Shown piece after piece: positions 7,317 to 15,182 of a stretch of DNA of 20,000 bases. The position numbers and the translations under genes are program-made. Source of the DNA: an uncultured virus (IMG/VR IMGVR_UViG_3300020477_000021) (taxonomy: Duplodnaviria; Heunggongvirae; Uroviricota; Caudoviricetes). The stretch lies in the IMG/VR virus record IMGVR_UViG_3300020477_000021; one strand, given 5' to 3'. Below the pieces are notes generated by a model. It saw nothing but the letters and a program-made list of their open reading frames with translations, did no database searches and was not told the DNA's origin. The first letter of the stretch is position 1; each line of letters opens with the position of its first letter.

Positions 7317-7628
7317 ATGAGTTTAAAATCTGGAGTGATTAGGGGATTTGTAAAACCTAGTGGATATATTTATGCAAGTGATGACCAACATTATTATTTT
7401 AATGTAGACCAAGTAAAGGGAGCTATTGAAAACCATCAAACCGTAAAATTTTCAATAAATAATGAAGGTCATTGCGAAACTGTTTATGGACATGGTGCAG
7501 ATATTCCTAAAGATACAAAACCAAAAAAAGAAGTAAAACATAAAGTTATGCGAGATGGTGTTGTTGAACCAGAGTTTTTAACTGAAGATACACACCAAGA
7601 AGCTGAACAATCGTCTAAGGAGGACTAA
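7317..7628 (+). CDS. Hypothetical protein, possible cold-shock/OB-fold N-domain
   Basis: SGVIRGF..SGYI...QHYYFNVDQV...QTVKFSI loosely follows the CSD pattern. Confidence 0.5.
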   Translation: MSLKSGVIRGFVKPSGYIYASDDQHYYFNVDQVKGAIENHQTVKFSINNEGHCETVYGHGADIPKDTKPKKEVKHKVMRDGVVEPEFLTEDTHQEAEQSSKED

Positions 7629-7631
7629 CAA

Positions 7632-8222
7632 ATGGGTTCATGGGGAACGACACACGATTCAGTAGATAATAAGCCTAAATTTTTAACGGATGACGAAAAA
7701 GTGGATTGTTATGCAGATAATAGTGGTTGGACAGTAGCGGCTGGTGGAACAGATGATGCAAGTGCTGACCGAGAAGTATTGGTCGCTATTCGTGGTCTTG
7801 CTGGTACAAGTGCAACAACTGGTTTGAGAACGGCAACAGTTACAAGTATGAGATTTATTAAAGGAACAACCGCAAATACTGACTTAACTGCTAATGATGC
7901 AAATGCAGAAGTTCAAGTTGAAATTAGTTGGGATGAAGCTGTAACAGTTACGGGTTCACCTCAAGTTGTAATTGCTAATGGTAATCAAAGTGGGGGTGGA
8001 TATGGTAATCTTACTCTAACTTATACTGCAACTGGTTCAACTGCAAATAGCAAACGATTTATTAAAACAAGTGCTGGTATTGGTAATACAGATGTTTTAA
8101 CATTGGGTGGAACAAATATTGCTCTTAATAGTGGAACACTCAAAGATACTGCTTCTGGCACGGTAAATTCATCTGTAGCTTTAAATGGTATTTCGGCGGT
8201 AGTTGTAACAGTAGGAAGTTAA
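7632..8222 (+). CDS. Probable virion structural protein (beta-rich, Ig-like C-terminal part)
   Basis: MGSWG...KPKFL...GW...EVLVAI N-terminus; rich in T, G, A and N; WDEAVTVTGSP. Confidence 0.7.
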   Translation: MGSWGTTHDSVDNKPKFLTDDEKVDCYADNSGWTVAAGGTDDASADREVLVAIRGLAGTSATTGLRTATVTSMRFIKGTTANTDLTANDANAEVQVEISWDEAVTVTGSPQVVIANGNQSGGGYGNLTLTYTATGSTANSKRFIKTSAGIGNTDVLTLGGTNIALNSGTLKDTASGTVNSSVALNGISAVVVTVGS

Positions 8223-8252
8223 GACTAAAAATATTTAACATAGGAGTAATCA

Positions 8253-8690
8253 ATGCAAGAGGAAGCAGATACTCTTGTCTCTATGATTAATTCGTTAGGT
8301 ATTGAAGTTGTTCTGGTTTTACTACTCTTAGTTTCTGGAGGATGGGCCGTTAAGTTTTTACTTGGCAAATCCATTGATCTTGCAAATGGTTTTTTAAAAC
8401 AAATTGAAAAAAATATGGAAGAACTTACCGTTGAGTTGAAAGATGTCGATAAGCGATTGGTTGATGTCATTAATAGACGAAGACACGCTGACAACGAATC
8501 GTGGACAAGAGTAGAAAAGAACGTAGATAAAAAATTAAACGAGCAACAAGCAATTATTATTAAGTTAGTGGATCGAATCCGAATGTTGCAGGAAGATATG
8601 ATAAGGTTCGATACTATGTTCAGAGTTAAAAGTGACTTAGAAATTGACTATGACCGTTTAGGTAAAAGTGATAGGAAAGATAAAAACTGA
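8253..8690 (+). CDS. Membrane-anchored coiled-coil protein (holin-like architecture)
   Basis: AGGAG RBS; single N-terminal TM segment followed by heptad-rich helix. Confidence 0.6.
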   Translation: MQEEADTLVSMINSLGIEVVLVLLLLVSGGWAVKFLLGKSIDLANGFLKQIEKNMEELTVELKDVDKRLVDVINRRRHADNESWTRVEKNVDKKLNEQQAIIIKLVDRIRMLQEDMIRFDTMFRVKSDLEIDYDRLGKSDRKDKN

Positions 8691-8777
8691 GGTAAGCAAA
8701 ACTCCTATCTTGATTCAAGATTCCGAGTCCCGGAGAAGTTTTGTTTATCGTATGGTTGTGGTTGAGTCCCAATCATA
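8691..8777 (+). ncRNA. Candidate cis-regulatory structured RNA with two AGUCC-loop hairpins
   Basis: 13-bp stem 8691-8703/8737-8749 encloses two hairpins; a further hairpin at 8757-8777; the G-AGTCC-C loop occurs twice. Confidence 0.6.
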
Positions 8778-8808
8778 TCCAATAATTTTTAAATAAAGGT
8801 ATAAACTA

Positions 8809-9489
8809 ATGGCTGATAAAAAGATTACCGCATTAACCGCAGCGACATCCGCTGCGTCTGAAGATTTAATTCATGTTATTGATGATCCCTCTGGAAGTCC
8901 TGTCAATAAAAAACTTACTGTAAAGAATTTTGTTGGTGGAATTGCTCATACAACTACGGGTTCTGCAGCTGATACATTGTTGGCAGCAGTTCTTACTTGT
9001 GGTGATGGTCAAACCAATACGAATACTTTGACTGCTGTAAGTGGTCGAGCTGTTGCTAATGATGCAACGTCTGCGACTGCTGTTAAAGATATTTACGGTG
9101 GATATTTTGAAAGTTCACTTCAATCTACGAATAATACTGTAACGGGTAGAAACGCAGCTATTCGTGCTGTATGTGATATTTCTGATGGTGTTGCTACACT
9201 AGGCACAACTAATGTTATGTCTCTTTCTTTCAAAGAAGCTGGAACGGCACGAGGTGCAGCTCCTAATTCTTATATTGAAATTATGGAAGAAGCAACATCT
9301 GGTGCAAATCCAGCAACTTATCTGATGGATATTTTTCCGACAGATGGTAATGGAAATCTTACATTCCAAACCGGTGCTGACCTTGGTTTCTATGATGATG
9401 GTGGAGACAAAGCAACTGCTGGTGCGAAAGATGGTACGTTGAAAATTCGTGTAAACGGAGAAACTAAATATATTCAATTATGGAACTAA
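8809..9489 (+). CDS. Virion fiber-like structural protein
   Basis: MADKKITAL...DLIHVIDDPSGSPVNKK N-terminus and LKIRVNGETKYIQL C-terminus; rich in A, T and G. Confidence 0.7.
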   Translation: MADKKITALTAATSAASEDLIHVIDDPSGSPVNKKLTVKNFVGGIAHTTTGSAADTLLAAVLTCGDGQTNTNTLTAVSGRAVANDATSATAVKDIYGGYFESSLQSTNNTVTGRNAAIRAVCDISDGVATLGTTNVMSLSFKEAGTARGAAPNSYIEIMEEATSGANPATYLMDIFPTDGNGNLTFQTGADLGFYDDGGDKATAGAKDGTLKIRVNGETKYIQLWN

Positions 9490-9506
9490 TTTAAGGAGAC
9501 TTTGTT

Positions 9507-9734
9507 ATGAGCTTTACAGTCGAGGATATTCAAAAACATCAACAAGAATTAGAAACCCATTTGCAAGAATTGGTAGAGACTATGGAAAAGCAAAAAGAAA
9601 AGATTAATGCTCTTCATGGCGCCATAACAACTTGTAAGTATTTTTCTAAATTGGTTGGTTCTGGTGGAGTTCATTCCTCCACCGGAACTAGTCCAGTTTA
9701 TGAAAACCAGAAAGAAATACCTTTTGGTGACTGA
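9507..9734 (+). CDS. Coiled-coil hypothetical protein (possible fiber chaperone)
   Basis: TAAGGAG RBS; heptad pattern; directly follows the fiber-like gene. Confidence 0.6.
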   Translation: MSFTVEDIQKHQQELETHLQELVETMEKQKEKINALHGAITTCKYFSKLVGSGGVHSSTGTSPVYENQKEIPFGD

Positions 9735-9814
9735 GATGATAAGAAAAGTAGAACGGACACATTTTATTGTTAAAGATAGATGGATATTATTAAATAGATT
9801 GCGAAAGAAGATAA

Positions 9815-10072
9815 ATGAGGATAACCGAAAAAAATCAAGAGATGATAAGCAAAGCTTGGGCAGTTATGTCTGGATTTGCGGAGAAGGTCGGTGACGTAGT
9901 AGAAGGAACTGTTATCTCTGTTTCGTCTGAAGAAAAACATAAACGTCTATCAATTTGTCAAGAGTGTGATAGTTTTAAACTAACGACAAAACAATGTAAT
10001 GAATGTGGATGTTTTATGGAAGTTAAAGCATCGCTTAAGGCGATGGTGTGTCCTCTTAAAAAATGGATATAA
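9815..10072 (+). CDS. Cys-rich DUF6171-like protein
   Basis: RLSICQEC...CNECGCFM..K.....CPLKKW. Confidence 0.75.
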   Translation: MRITEKNQEMISKAWAVMSGFAEKVGDVVEGTVISVSSEEKHKRLSICQECDSFKLTTKQCNECGCFMEVKASLKAMVCPLKKWI

Positions 10073-10087
10073 TTTTTAGGAGGAAAT

Positions 10088-10630
10088 ATGAAAAAAATAA
10101 TCCTAGGTATATGGATTACACTAACAGCAATTACAAATTTAGCAGATCCGAGTTATGGATTTGATTCTAAAAAGAAATATTATTTTCATGGAAATGAATT
10201 AGATTTTTCACAGCCACCATGTGAATTTTCTAAAATATTAGAACCAGACCCAAGATACCCAATTAAGATTGTAGCTTGGATTCCAGAAGAGGTTCCACGA
10301 AATATTTCATTTTATGTAGATTTTGATGGTGATAAAAAAGCTGATATTATTTTTGCACTACCATTAATTCAAGTTTTAGATTATCAATTTTGCAATGAGA
10401 TAGAAGTAAAACAAGATTTATTGAAATGTAAAATATTTCAAATTTATCCAGATTTGATTAAAGTGGTAGCATATCCAACTCCAAAAGTTTATGTAATATT
10501 AAAAGAATGGGTATTATATAGATATGTAATAGATGGAAAAGTTGGACCGTGGTTATCTGGATTGAGGTCTACAAATATAAATTGGTTTGAAGAACATCTT
10601 AATAATTTACAGGAGTGGGGTGGCCCATAA
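10088..10630 (+). CDS. Exported hypothetical protein
   Basis: AGGAGG RBS, signal peptide, DFDGDKKAD Ca-loop-like motif. Confidence 0.65.
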   Translation: MKKIILGIWITLTAITNLADPSYGFDSKKKYYFHGNELDFSQPPCEFSKILEPDPRYPIKIVAWIPEEVPRNISFYVDFDGDKKADIIFALPLIQVLDYQFCNEIEVKQDLLKCKIFQIYPDLIKVVAYPTPKVYVILKEWVLYRYVIDGKVGPWLSGLRSTNINWFEEHLNNLQEWGGP

Positions 10631-10633
10631 ATA
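10626..10633 (+). promoter_or_regulatory. Possible late promoter (CATAAATA variant)
   Basis: Lies 4 nt before ATG 10638, the same spacing as the 4615 site. Confidence 0.5.
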
Positions 10634-10637
10634 TTAT

Positions 10638-11054
10638 ATGATGAAGTTTGACCGAATAGATAATAAAAATATTATTTTATATGCACAAACATATTATGAT
10701 AATGAATTTTGTATAGATATTCAAGAGTTTTATAATGATTTAAAAAAGATAAAATATATAAAAAAGTTATTGAAGAAATATGTAGAAAAAGGAAAACTTT
10801 CTGAACGTCTTATTTTAAATCATTTAATTTCATTTTATAATGTATTTGAAACAACCGCAGCTACAAGAATGTTGTTTTATAAAATTGAGCAAGTGTATCA
10901 TCCAGCGTTAAAAACTTTTTTAGTTTTTTTGAATCGTATGCCTGATCGAATTAATGGTCTTGAATGTGAAGATTTAAATACTAATTTAATTCCATTAGAT
11001 CAAGATATTATTGAAGTATTAAGAAAAATTACAAGGAAAAGTGTAGAGGAATAA
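10638..11054 (+). CDS. Conserved T4-like hypothetical protein
   Basis: LYA..YYDN..C....EFYNDLKKIKYIKKLL...ERLILNHLI..YNVF pattern. Confidence 0.8.
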   Translation: MMKFDRIDNKNIILYAQTYYDNEFCIDIQEFYNDLKKIKYIKKLLKKYVEKGKLSERLILNHLISFYNVFETTAATRMLFYKIEQVYHPALKTFLVFLNRMPDRINGLECEDLNTNLIPLDQDIIEVLRKITRKSVEE

Positions 11055-11058
11055 TAAG

Positions 11059-11631
11059 ATGTCATTAGTAAATACGTTTATAGCATATCAGTTTGTTAAA
11101 ATTCTAACGACAAAGTGGGAAGATATGCCTGCTTTTGAGCATGGTATTATTGATGAAAAAGGCAAATTACTGAAAAAATATAATACCCTCAAGACACAAA
11201 AAGAAAAAAATAGCTATACTATTTTCCATAGAGTTATATGGAATTTAAAAAGAATTTTGGAAAAATTACCTTTTGGTAGGACGCGACTGGCATCTTATGC
11301 TGCTGGATTATTCTTAATTAAAGAAAAAGTTCATCCAAATCAAGAACTACAAAATAAATTTGCTAGTTTCTTAGTAGAGGAAGGCCTAGATGATAAATTC
11401 GAGGCCGAACTTGTAAAGAATGAAGTGTCGAACACTCTTGTTAAAAAGGGAGAGTATATACTAAAAGATAATAATTTTTCACAAAAATCAGGAGAGTTGA
11501 TTGTTGTAAAAGAAGATCAATCACCGGAAATGTTTTTACTAGGACTTGATGTTTACCGTGGAATTGTAAAAACAAGTGGAGAAGAAGTTTTATTTACTAA
11601 AGATGACGTTAAACGTCACAAAGGGAGGTAG
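11059..11631 (+). CDS. Conserved T4-like hypothetical protein
   Basis: YQFVKILT...AFEHGIIDEKG...YTIFHR...NLKRIL...ASYAAGLFLIKE pattern. Confidence 0.8.
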   Translation: MSLVNTFIAYQFVKILTTKWEDMPAFEHGIIDEKGKLLKKYNTLKTQKEKNSYTIFHRVIWNLKRILEKLPFGRTRLASYAAGLFLIKEKVHPNQELQNKFASFLVEEGLDDKFEAELVKNEVSNTLVKKGEYILKDNNFSQKSGELIVVKEDQSPEMFLLGLDVYRGIVKTSGEEVLFTKDDVKRHKGR

Positions 11632-11633
11632 CA

Positions 11634-11708
11634 ATGCACTTAAACTGGTTTTGGCTTATGGTTGTTGTAGGCACGTCAGTATCATTCGGCGCTGTTGTGT
11701 GCAATTAA
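11634..11708 (+). CDS. 24-aa hydrophobic small protein (not in the ORF track)
   Basis: GGGAGG RBS 5 nt upstream; MHLNWFWLMVVVGTSVSFGAVVCN* fills the gap between its neighbours. Confidence 0.6.
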   Translation: MHLNWFWLMVVVGTSVSFGAVVCN

Positions 11709-11722
11709 AGGAGTCATAAAAA

Positions 11723-12076
11723 ATGGAAAATTTAGAGAATTTACAAGATAATTTAAGTGAAGATGCCCCGGCAAATAGTACTAGTAAAGTTGCCGGGGCA
11801 GATAGTGGTCCTGCGGGTAAGTTTGCGGGATCACATATTTTTCGTGTAAATCCCATGATATATAATCAATGTTTGAAAGGGAAAAAGAAACACGCCCGTT
11901 GGGAACGATACATTGATATAAATTCAAAAATCGGAAAAGCTATTCGTGATTATGCTTACAAATATCCGAAACGTCCCATTATTATTCAAAATGAAGCAGA
12001 TGATTGTATGGTATATTTGCGTCATAATAGATATGGTGGTGGCGGTGCGAGAAAAACCATAAAGGAGAAAAAATAA
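11723..12076 (+). CDS. Conserved T4-like hypothetical protein (EDAPAN motif)
   Basis: AAGGAG RBS; LSEDAPANS...GKKKHARW...IRDYA...PKRPIIIQ...MVYLR. Confidence 0.75.
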   Translation: MENLENLQDNLSEDAPANSTSKVAGADSGPAGKFAGSHIFRVNPMIYNQCLKGKKKHARWERYIDINSKIGKAIRDYAYKYPKRPIIIQNEADDCMVYLRHNRYGGGGARKTIKEKK

Positions 12077-12288
12077 TGTTAAACCTTATTGGTAACGCCC
12101 TTGGTCTTGGGTTAAAGATAATGGATAAAATGGATAAAAATTCTGATAAACCTAGTTTTGAAGAATTTAAAGAACGTAAAAAGGAAATGGACAAATCATT
12201 AGCAGACGGTGACGTTAATGGAGTTGATTCCATGTTTGAGTATTTGGCAGAACGAGCTCGTGGTGGTAAAACGGGCAGGAAAGGATAA
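12076..12288 (+). CDS. Hypothetical protein (possible i-spanin-like)
   Basis: AAGGAG RBS; amphipathic N-terminus; precedes a lipoprotein. Confidence 0.55.
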   Translation: MLNLIGNALGLGLKIMDKMDKNSDKPSFEEFKERKKEMDKSLADGDVNGVDSMFEYLAERARGGKTGRKG

Positions 12289-12289
12289 T

Positions 12290-12511
12290 ATGAAACATTT
12301 ACTAATTGGAGTTTGTCTAGTATTATTTGTAGGATGTGGTACTAGCAATGCGTATAAAAGACCTGAAGTAAGGATTGTCGGAGAGGCACAAATGAAACAA
12401 TTAGAAAATGGAAATTATGAAGTTACCCCTCGATGGATCAAGGACAGGTTTGATGCAGAAAACTCTATGATAAAACAATTAGAAGATTGTCGAGAGGCAA
12501 CACAAAGGTAG
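12290..12511 (+). CDS. Small lipoprotein (possible o-spanin-like)
   Basis: Start ATG 12290; MKHLLIGVCLVLFVG-C lipobox. Confidence 0.65.
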   Translation: MKHLLIGVCLVLFVGCGTSNAYKRPEVRIVGEAQMKQLENGNYEVTPRWIKDRFDAENSMIKQLEDCREATQR

Positions 12512-12518
12512 AAATTCA

Positions 12519-12857
12519 ATGGCAGAAGCACATTTAGAAGTACAACTCATCAAGAAGGACATAGAAAAAGTGGAATCGAATTTAAATTCCCTCCGTTCAG
12601 ACATAAAGGAAGTTCATTCAAGAGTCACAACGGTAAGTCGAGAGTTGGAAGAAAAAATCCAATCTTTGCATGATGAAGGTATTCATCATATTTCATTATT
12701 GCGAGATGATATAAAGGATGAAAGGAATGTGGTTCATACTAGATTGAGAGCTTTAGAACAATGGAAATATACCGTTGTTGGAGTATCCCTTGCATCGGGA
12801 TTTGTCCTCGCACTTATCCTAGGTAAATCTGATGTTTTAACAGGATTTTTTAAATAA
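12519..12857 (+). CDS. Coiled-coil protein with C-terminal TM helix (XhlA-like architecture)
   Basis: Long heptad helix, then RLRALEQWKY and a hydrophobic tail. Confidence 0.65.
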   Translation: MAEAHLEVQLIKKDIEKVESNLNSLRSDIKEVHSRVTTVSRELEEKIQSLHDEGIHHISLLRDDIKDERNVVHTRLRALEQWKYTVVGVSLASGFVLALILGKSDVLTGFFK

Positions 12858-12859
12858 AT

Positions 12860-12888
12860 TTGACAAACGTAGTTCAGTTTGCTATAAT
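12860..12888 (+). promoter_or_regulatory. sigma70-type early promoter
   Basis: TTGACA (12860-12865), 17-nt spacer, TGnTATAAT with TATAAT at 12883-12888. Confidence 0.9.
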
Positions 12889-12900
12889 GGAGTATATAAT

Positions 12901-13128
12901 ATGAATGATACAGATGTTGAGATGTTTATTGAATTACTCAAAGAAAAAATTAGTAATTTAAGTGATACGCTTATTCAACGTGAAAAATATAATAATGATT
13001 TAAGAGAAGAAAACGTCAGATTAAAAAGAATTGTTAGAGAATTTCAAGGAATAGAAATAAAAAATAAATCAGATGCAGAAATATTTGCATCAGACCCATT
13101 AGACGAGACTAGCACCAATGAAGATTGA
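12901..13128 (+). CDS. Coiled-coil hypothetical protein
   Basis: GGAG RBS; first gene after the promoter. Confidence 0.65.
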   Translation: MNDTDVEMFIELLKEKISNLSDTLIQREKYNNDLREENVRLKRIVREFQGIEIKNKSDAEIFASDPLDETSTNED

Positions 13129-14236
13129 TAGAATCGCAATATTAGGCTATGGTAATATTGGAAAGACTATTCATAATTTACTTGTGAATATGATTTCAAC
13201 CAATGGCGTTACTTATTCTATTTTCGATCAACGTAAAATAGAATTTAACGGTGATGGCTCGCACCATGACATATATTCTTTTAGTTTAGATGTAATTGGC
13301 AATGCAAATAATCTTGATGAAATGGAAAAGATTATTTTAAATAATGACCTAGTGATTAATTGCCTTCCATATATTTTTAATACCGCAATTATTTCTTTAT
13401 GTAGTAAACATAATAAACATTATTTAGGTTTAACTGAAGATTATTTAAGTTTGCCAGTATGGGATTCTGATGCGCTATTTTTGCCTCAATGTGGAATTGC
13501 CCCAGGCATTGTTTCTATTATTGCACAAAATTTAATGGATAGATTTGACTTAGTTAAAAATGTTAAAATGAGAGTCGGAGCTCTACCACGGTTTACAAAT
13601 AGTAAATTAAAATATGCTTGGACTTGGAATACTGATGGCCTGGTCAATGAATATTATAAACCTGCAAAAATTTTGCAACAAGGTAAAGTAAAACAAGTTG
13701 AATCATTAACAGAAATTGAAAATGTTTATATTGATGGGCAAAAATTAGAAGCATTTCATACGTCTGGTGGTATTGGTACGATTGCTGATAGTAACCAAAA
13801 TAATTATTCTGATATGAATATAGATTATAAAACTTTGAGGTATCCAGGACATTATGATTACATTTCATTTATGAAAAATGAATTGAAGATGTCATCGGAA
13901 GAAATGCAAAAACATTTACTAAATATTTTACCAGTTACGGAACAAGATGTTGTTATTTTATATGTATATGTAGATGGATTTCAAAATGATAAATTTACTC
14001 AAGATGTTTATATCAAAAAATTCTATCCAATGTATATTGGTATTGAATTGCATACTGCAATATCATATACAACAGCTTTTGGCCTTGTTGGTATGGTTGA
14101 GTTGATATTAAGTAGCAAATGGGATGATAAGAGTGGTCATATTAAGCAAGAAGAAGTTTCTTTATCAGATTTTCGTTCTACTAAATGTGGTCGCTATTTT
14201 AACATGACTCCCCCTGAGGAGTTTAATAGGTTTTAA
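13118..14236 (+). CDS. Saccharopine dehydrogenase / lysine 6-dehydrogenase family oxidoreductase
   Basis: GYGNIG Rossmann motif, INCLPY, CGIAPG, RVGALP, TWNTDGLVNEY, EAFHTSGG and YKTLRYPGH. Confidence 0.88.
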   Translation: MKIDRIAILGYGNIGKTIHNLLVNMISTNGVTYSIFDQRKIEFNGDGSHHDIYSFSLDVIGNANNLDEMEKIILNNDLVINCLPYIFNTAIISLCSKHNKHYLGLTEDYLSLPVWDSDALFLPQCGIAPGIVSIIAQNLMDRFDLVKNVKMRVGALPRFTNSKLKYAWTWNTDGLVNEYYKPAKILQQGKVKQVESLTEIENVYIDGQKLEAFHTSGGIGTIADSNQNNYSDMNIDYKTLRYPGHYDYISFMKNELKMSSEEMQKHLLNILPVTEQDVVILYVYVDGFQNDKFTQDVYIKKFYPMYIGIELHTAISYTTAFGLVGMVELILSSKWDDKSGHIKQEEVSLSDFRSTKCGRYFNMTPPEEFNRF

Positions 14237-14252
14237 AATTTAGGAGGTTATT

Positions 14253-14924
14253 ATGCGTTACTTTATTATGGGCCTGTGTCTTTTGTTGATGAATGCTTGT
14301 ACTGGTGTGCAAGTACCACAAGCTCCTTTTAAGTATTTTCCATTAAGTCAAGCTTCAACAAAAGTTCCAGATTGGGTAGAACATGGTTCTGGTGCTTATA
14401 AAGATGATGAAGAAGGTCGGGTATTTCATGGAGTTGGTGCTTCAACTGGCATTAAGAATTATTCTTTTATGCGTCAAGTTGCAGATGATCGAGCAAGGGC
14501 AGATTTAGCAAAAGTCTTTAAGTTTTATGTTGCTGGATTGACTAAAGATTATCAATCACATACTACTGCAGGAGATTTTGAATCTAGTCGTGAAGAACAA
14601 AACATTGATGGTGCTATGAAAGTGATTACTTCAGCAACTCTTTCTGGTGTTATGATTGTTGACCATTGGGAATTTCCTGAGCGTGGTGAGTATTATTCTC
14701 TTGCCCGATTGGATTTGAATCGGTTTGCAGAAAATCTTAGTCGTTATAAGGAATTGTCAAAAGAAGTTGTAAACTCTGTTCGTCAACGTGCGAAACGTCT
14801 ACATGAAGAAATGAGCAGAGAAATTGATAAACTTTCAGGAACACAAACTTCAAAACTGGATAATGGATTTGTGATTGAAGAAAATGATATAACTGAAATT
14901 CATCCAGAAGATGAAGTTTATTAA
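14253..14924 (+). CDS. LPP20-family lipoprotein
   Basis: GGAGG RBS, LMNA-C lipobox, PDWV, GVG and ADDRARADLAK. Confidence 0.8.
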   Translation: MRYFIMGLCLLLMNACTGVQVPQAPFKYFPLSQASTKVPDWVEHGSGAYKDDEEGRVFHGVGASTGIKNYSFMRQVADDRARADLAKVFKFYVAGLTKDYQSHTTAGDFESSREEQNIDGAMKVITSATLSGVMIVDHWEFPERGEYYSLARLDLNRFAENLSRYKELSKEVVNSVRQRAKRLHEEMSREIDKLSGTQTSKLDNGFVIEENDITEIHPEDEVY

Positions 14925-14937
14925 TTTATGAAAGGAG

Positions 14938-14959
14938 TTGGGGGTGGCAACACCCCCAA
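14938..14959 (+). promoter_or_regulatory. 9-bp GCAA-tetraloop hairpin (split-RBS element or terminator)
   Basis: TTGGGGGTG-GCAA-CACCCCCAA, with only a weak U-tract after it. Confidence 0.7.
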
Positions 14960-14966
14960 TAATTTA

Positions 14967-15182
14967 ATGGATTTACTTAATTTTTTATTTTTAAATTTCT
15001 ATATTAGAATCCGAGATTTATGTTTTGCTGTTTTGGGTTTTTGTTTCTTTATCATTTTGGGCAGTTTTTTTGGAAGTGTTGCTATTATTAGTGGATTATT
15101 TTATATTTTGTTTGGAGATATAAAATACGATAATAATAAAAATTTATCTTGGAATACTCTCCGTCATGACCATATTTGTTGA
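14967..15182 (+). CDS. Small membrane protein
   Basis: Long hydrophobic segment; start is ATG 14967 or 14928. Confidence 0.5.
   Translation: MDLLNFLFLNFYIRIRDLCFAVLGFCFFIILGSFFGSVAIISGLFYILFGDIKYDNNKNLSWNTLRHDHIC

Noticed and set aside
9655..9894. 79-aa plus-strand ORF
   Set aside because: It overlaps two better-supported genes and has no clear RBS. A shorter version starting near 9736 cannot be excluded.
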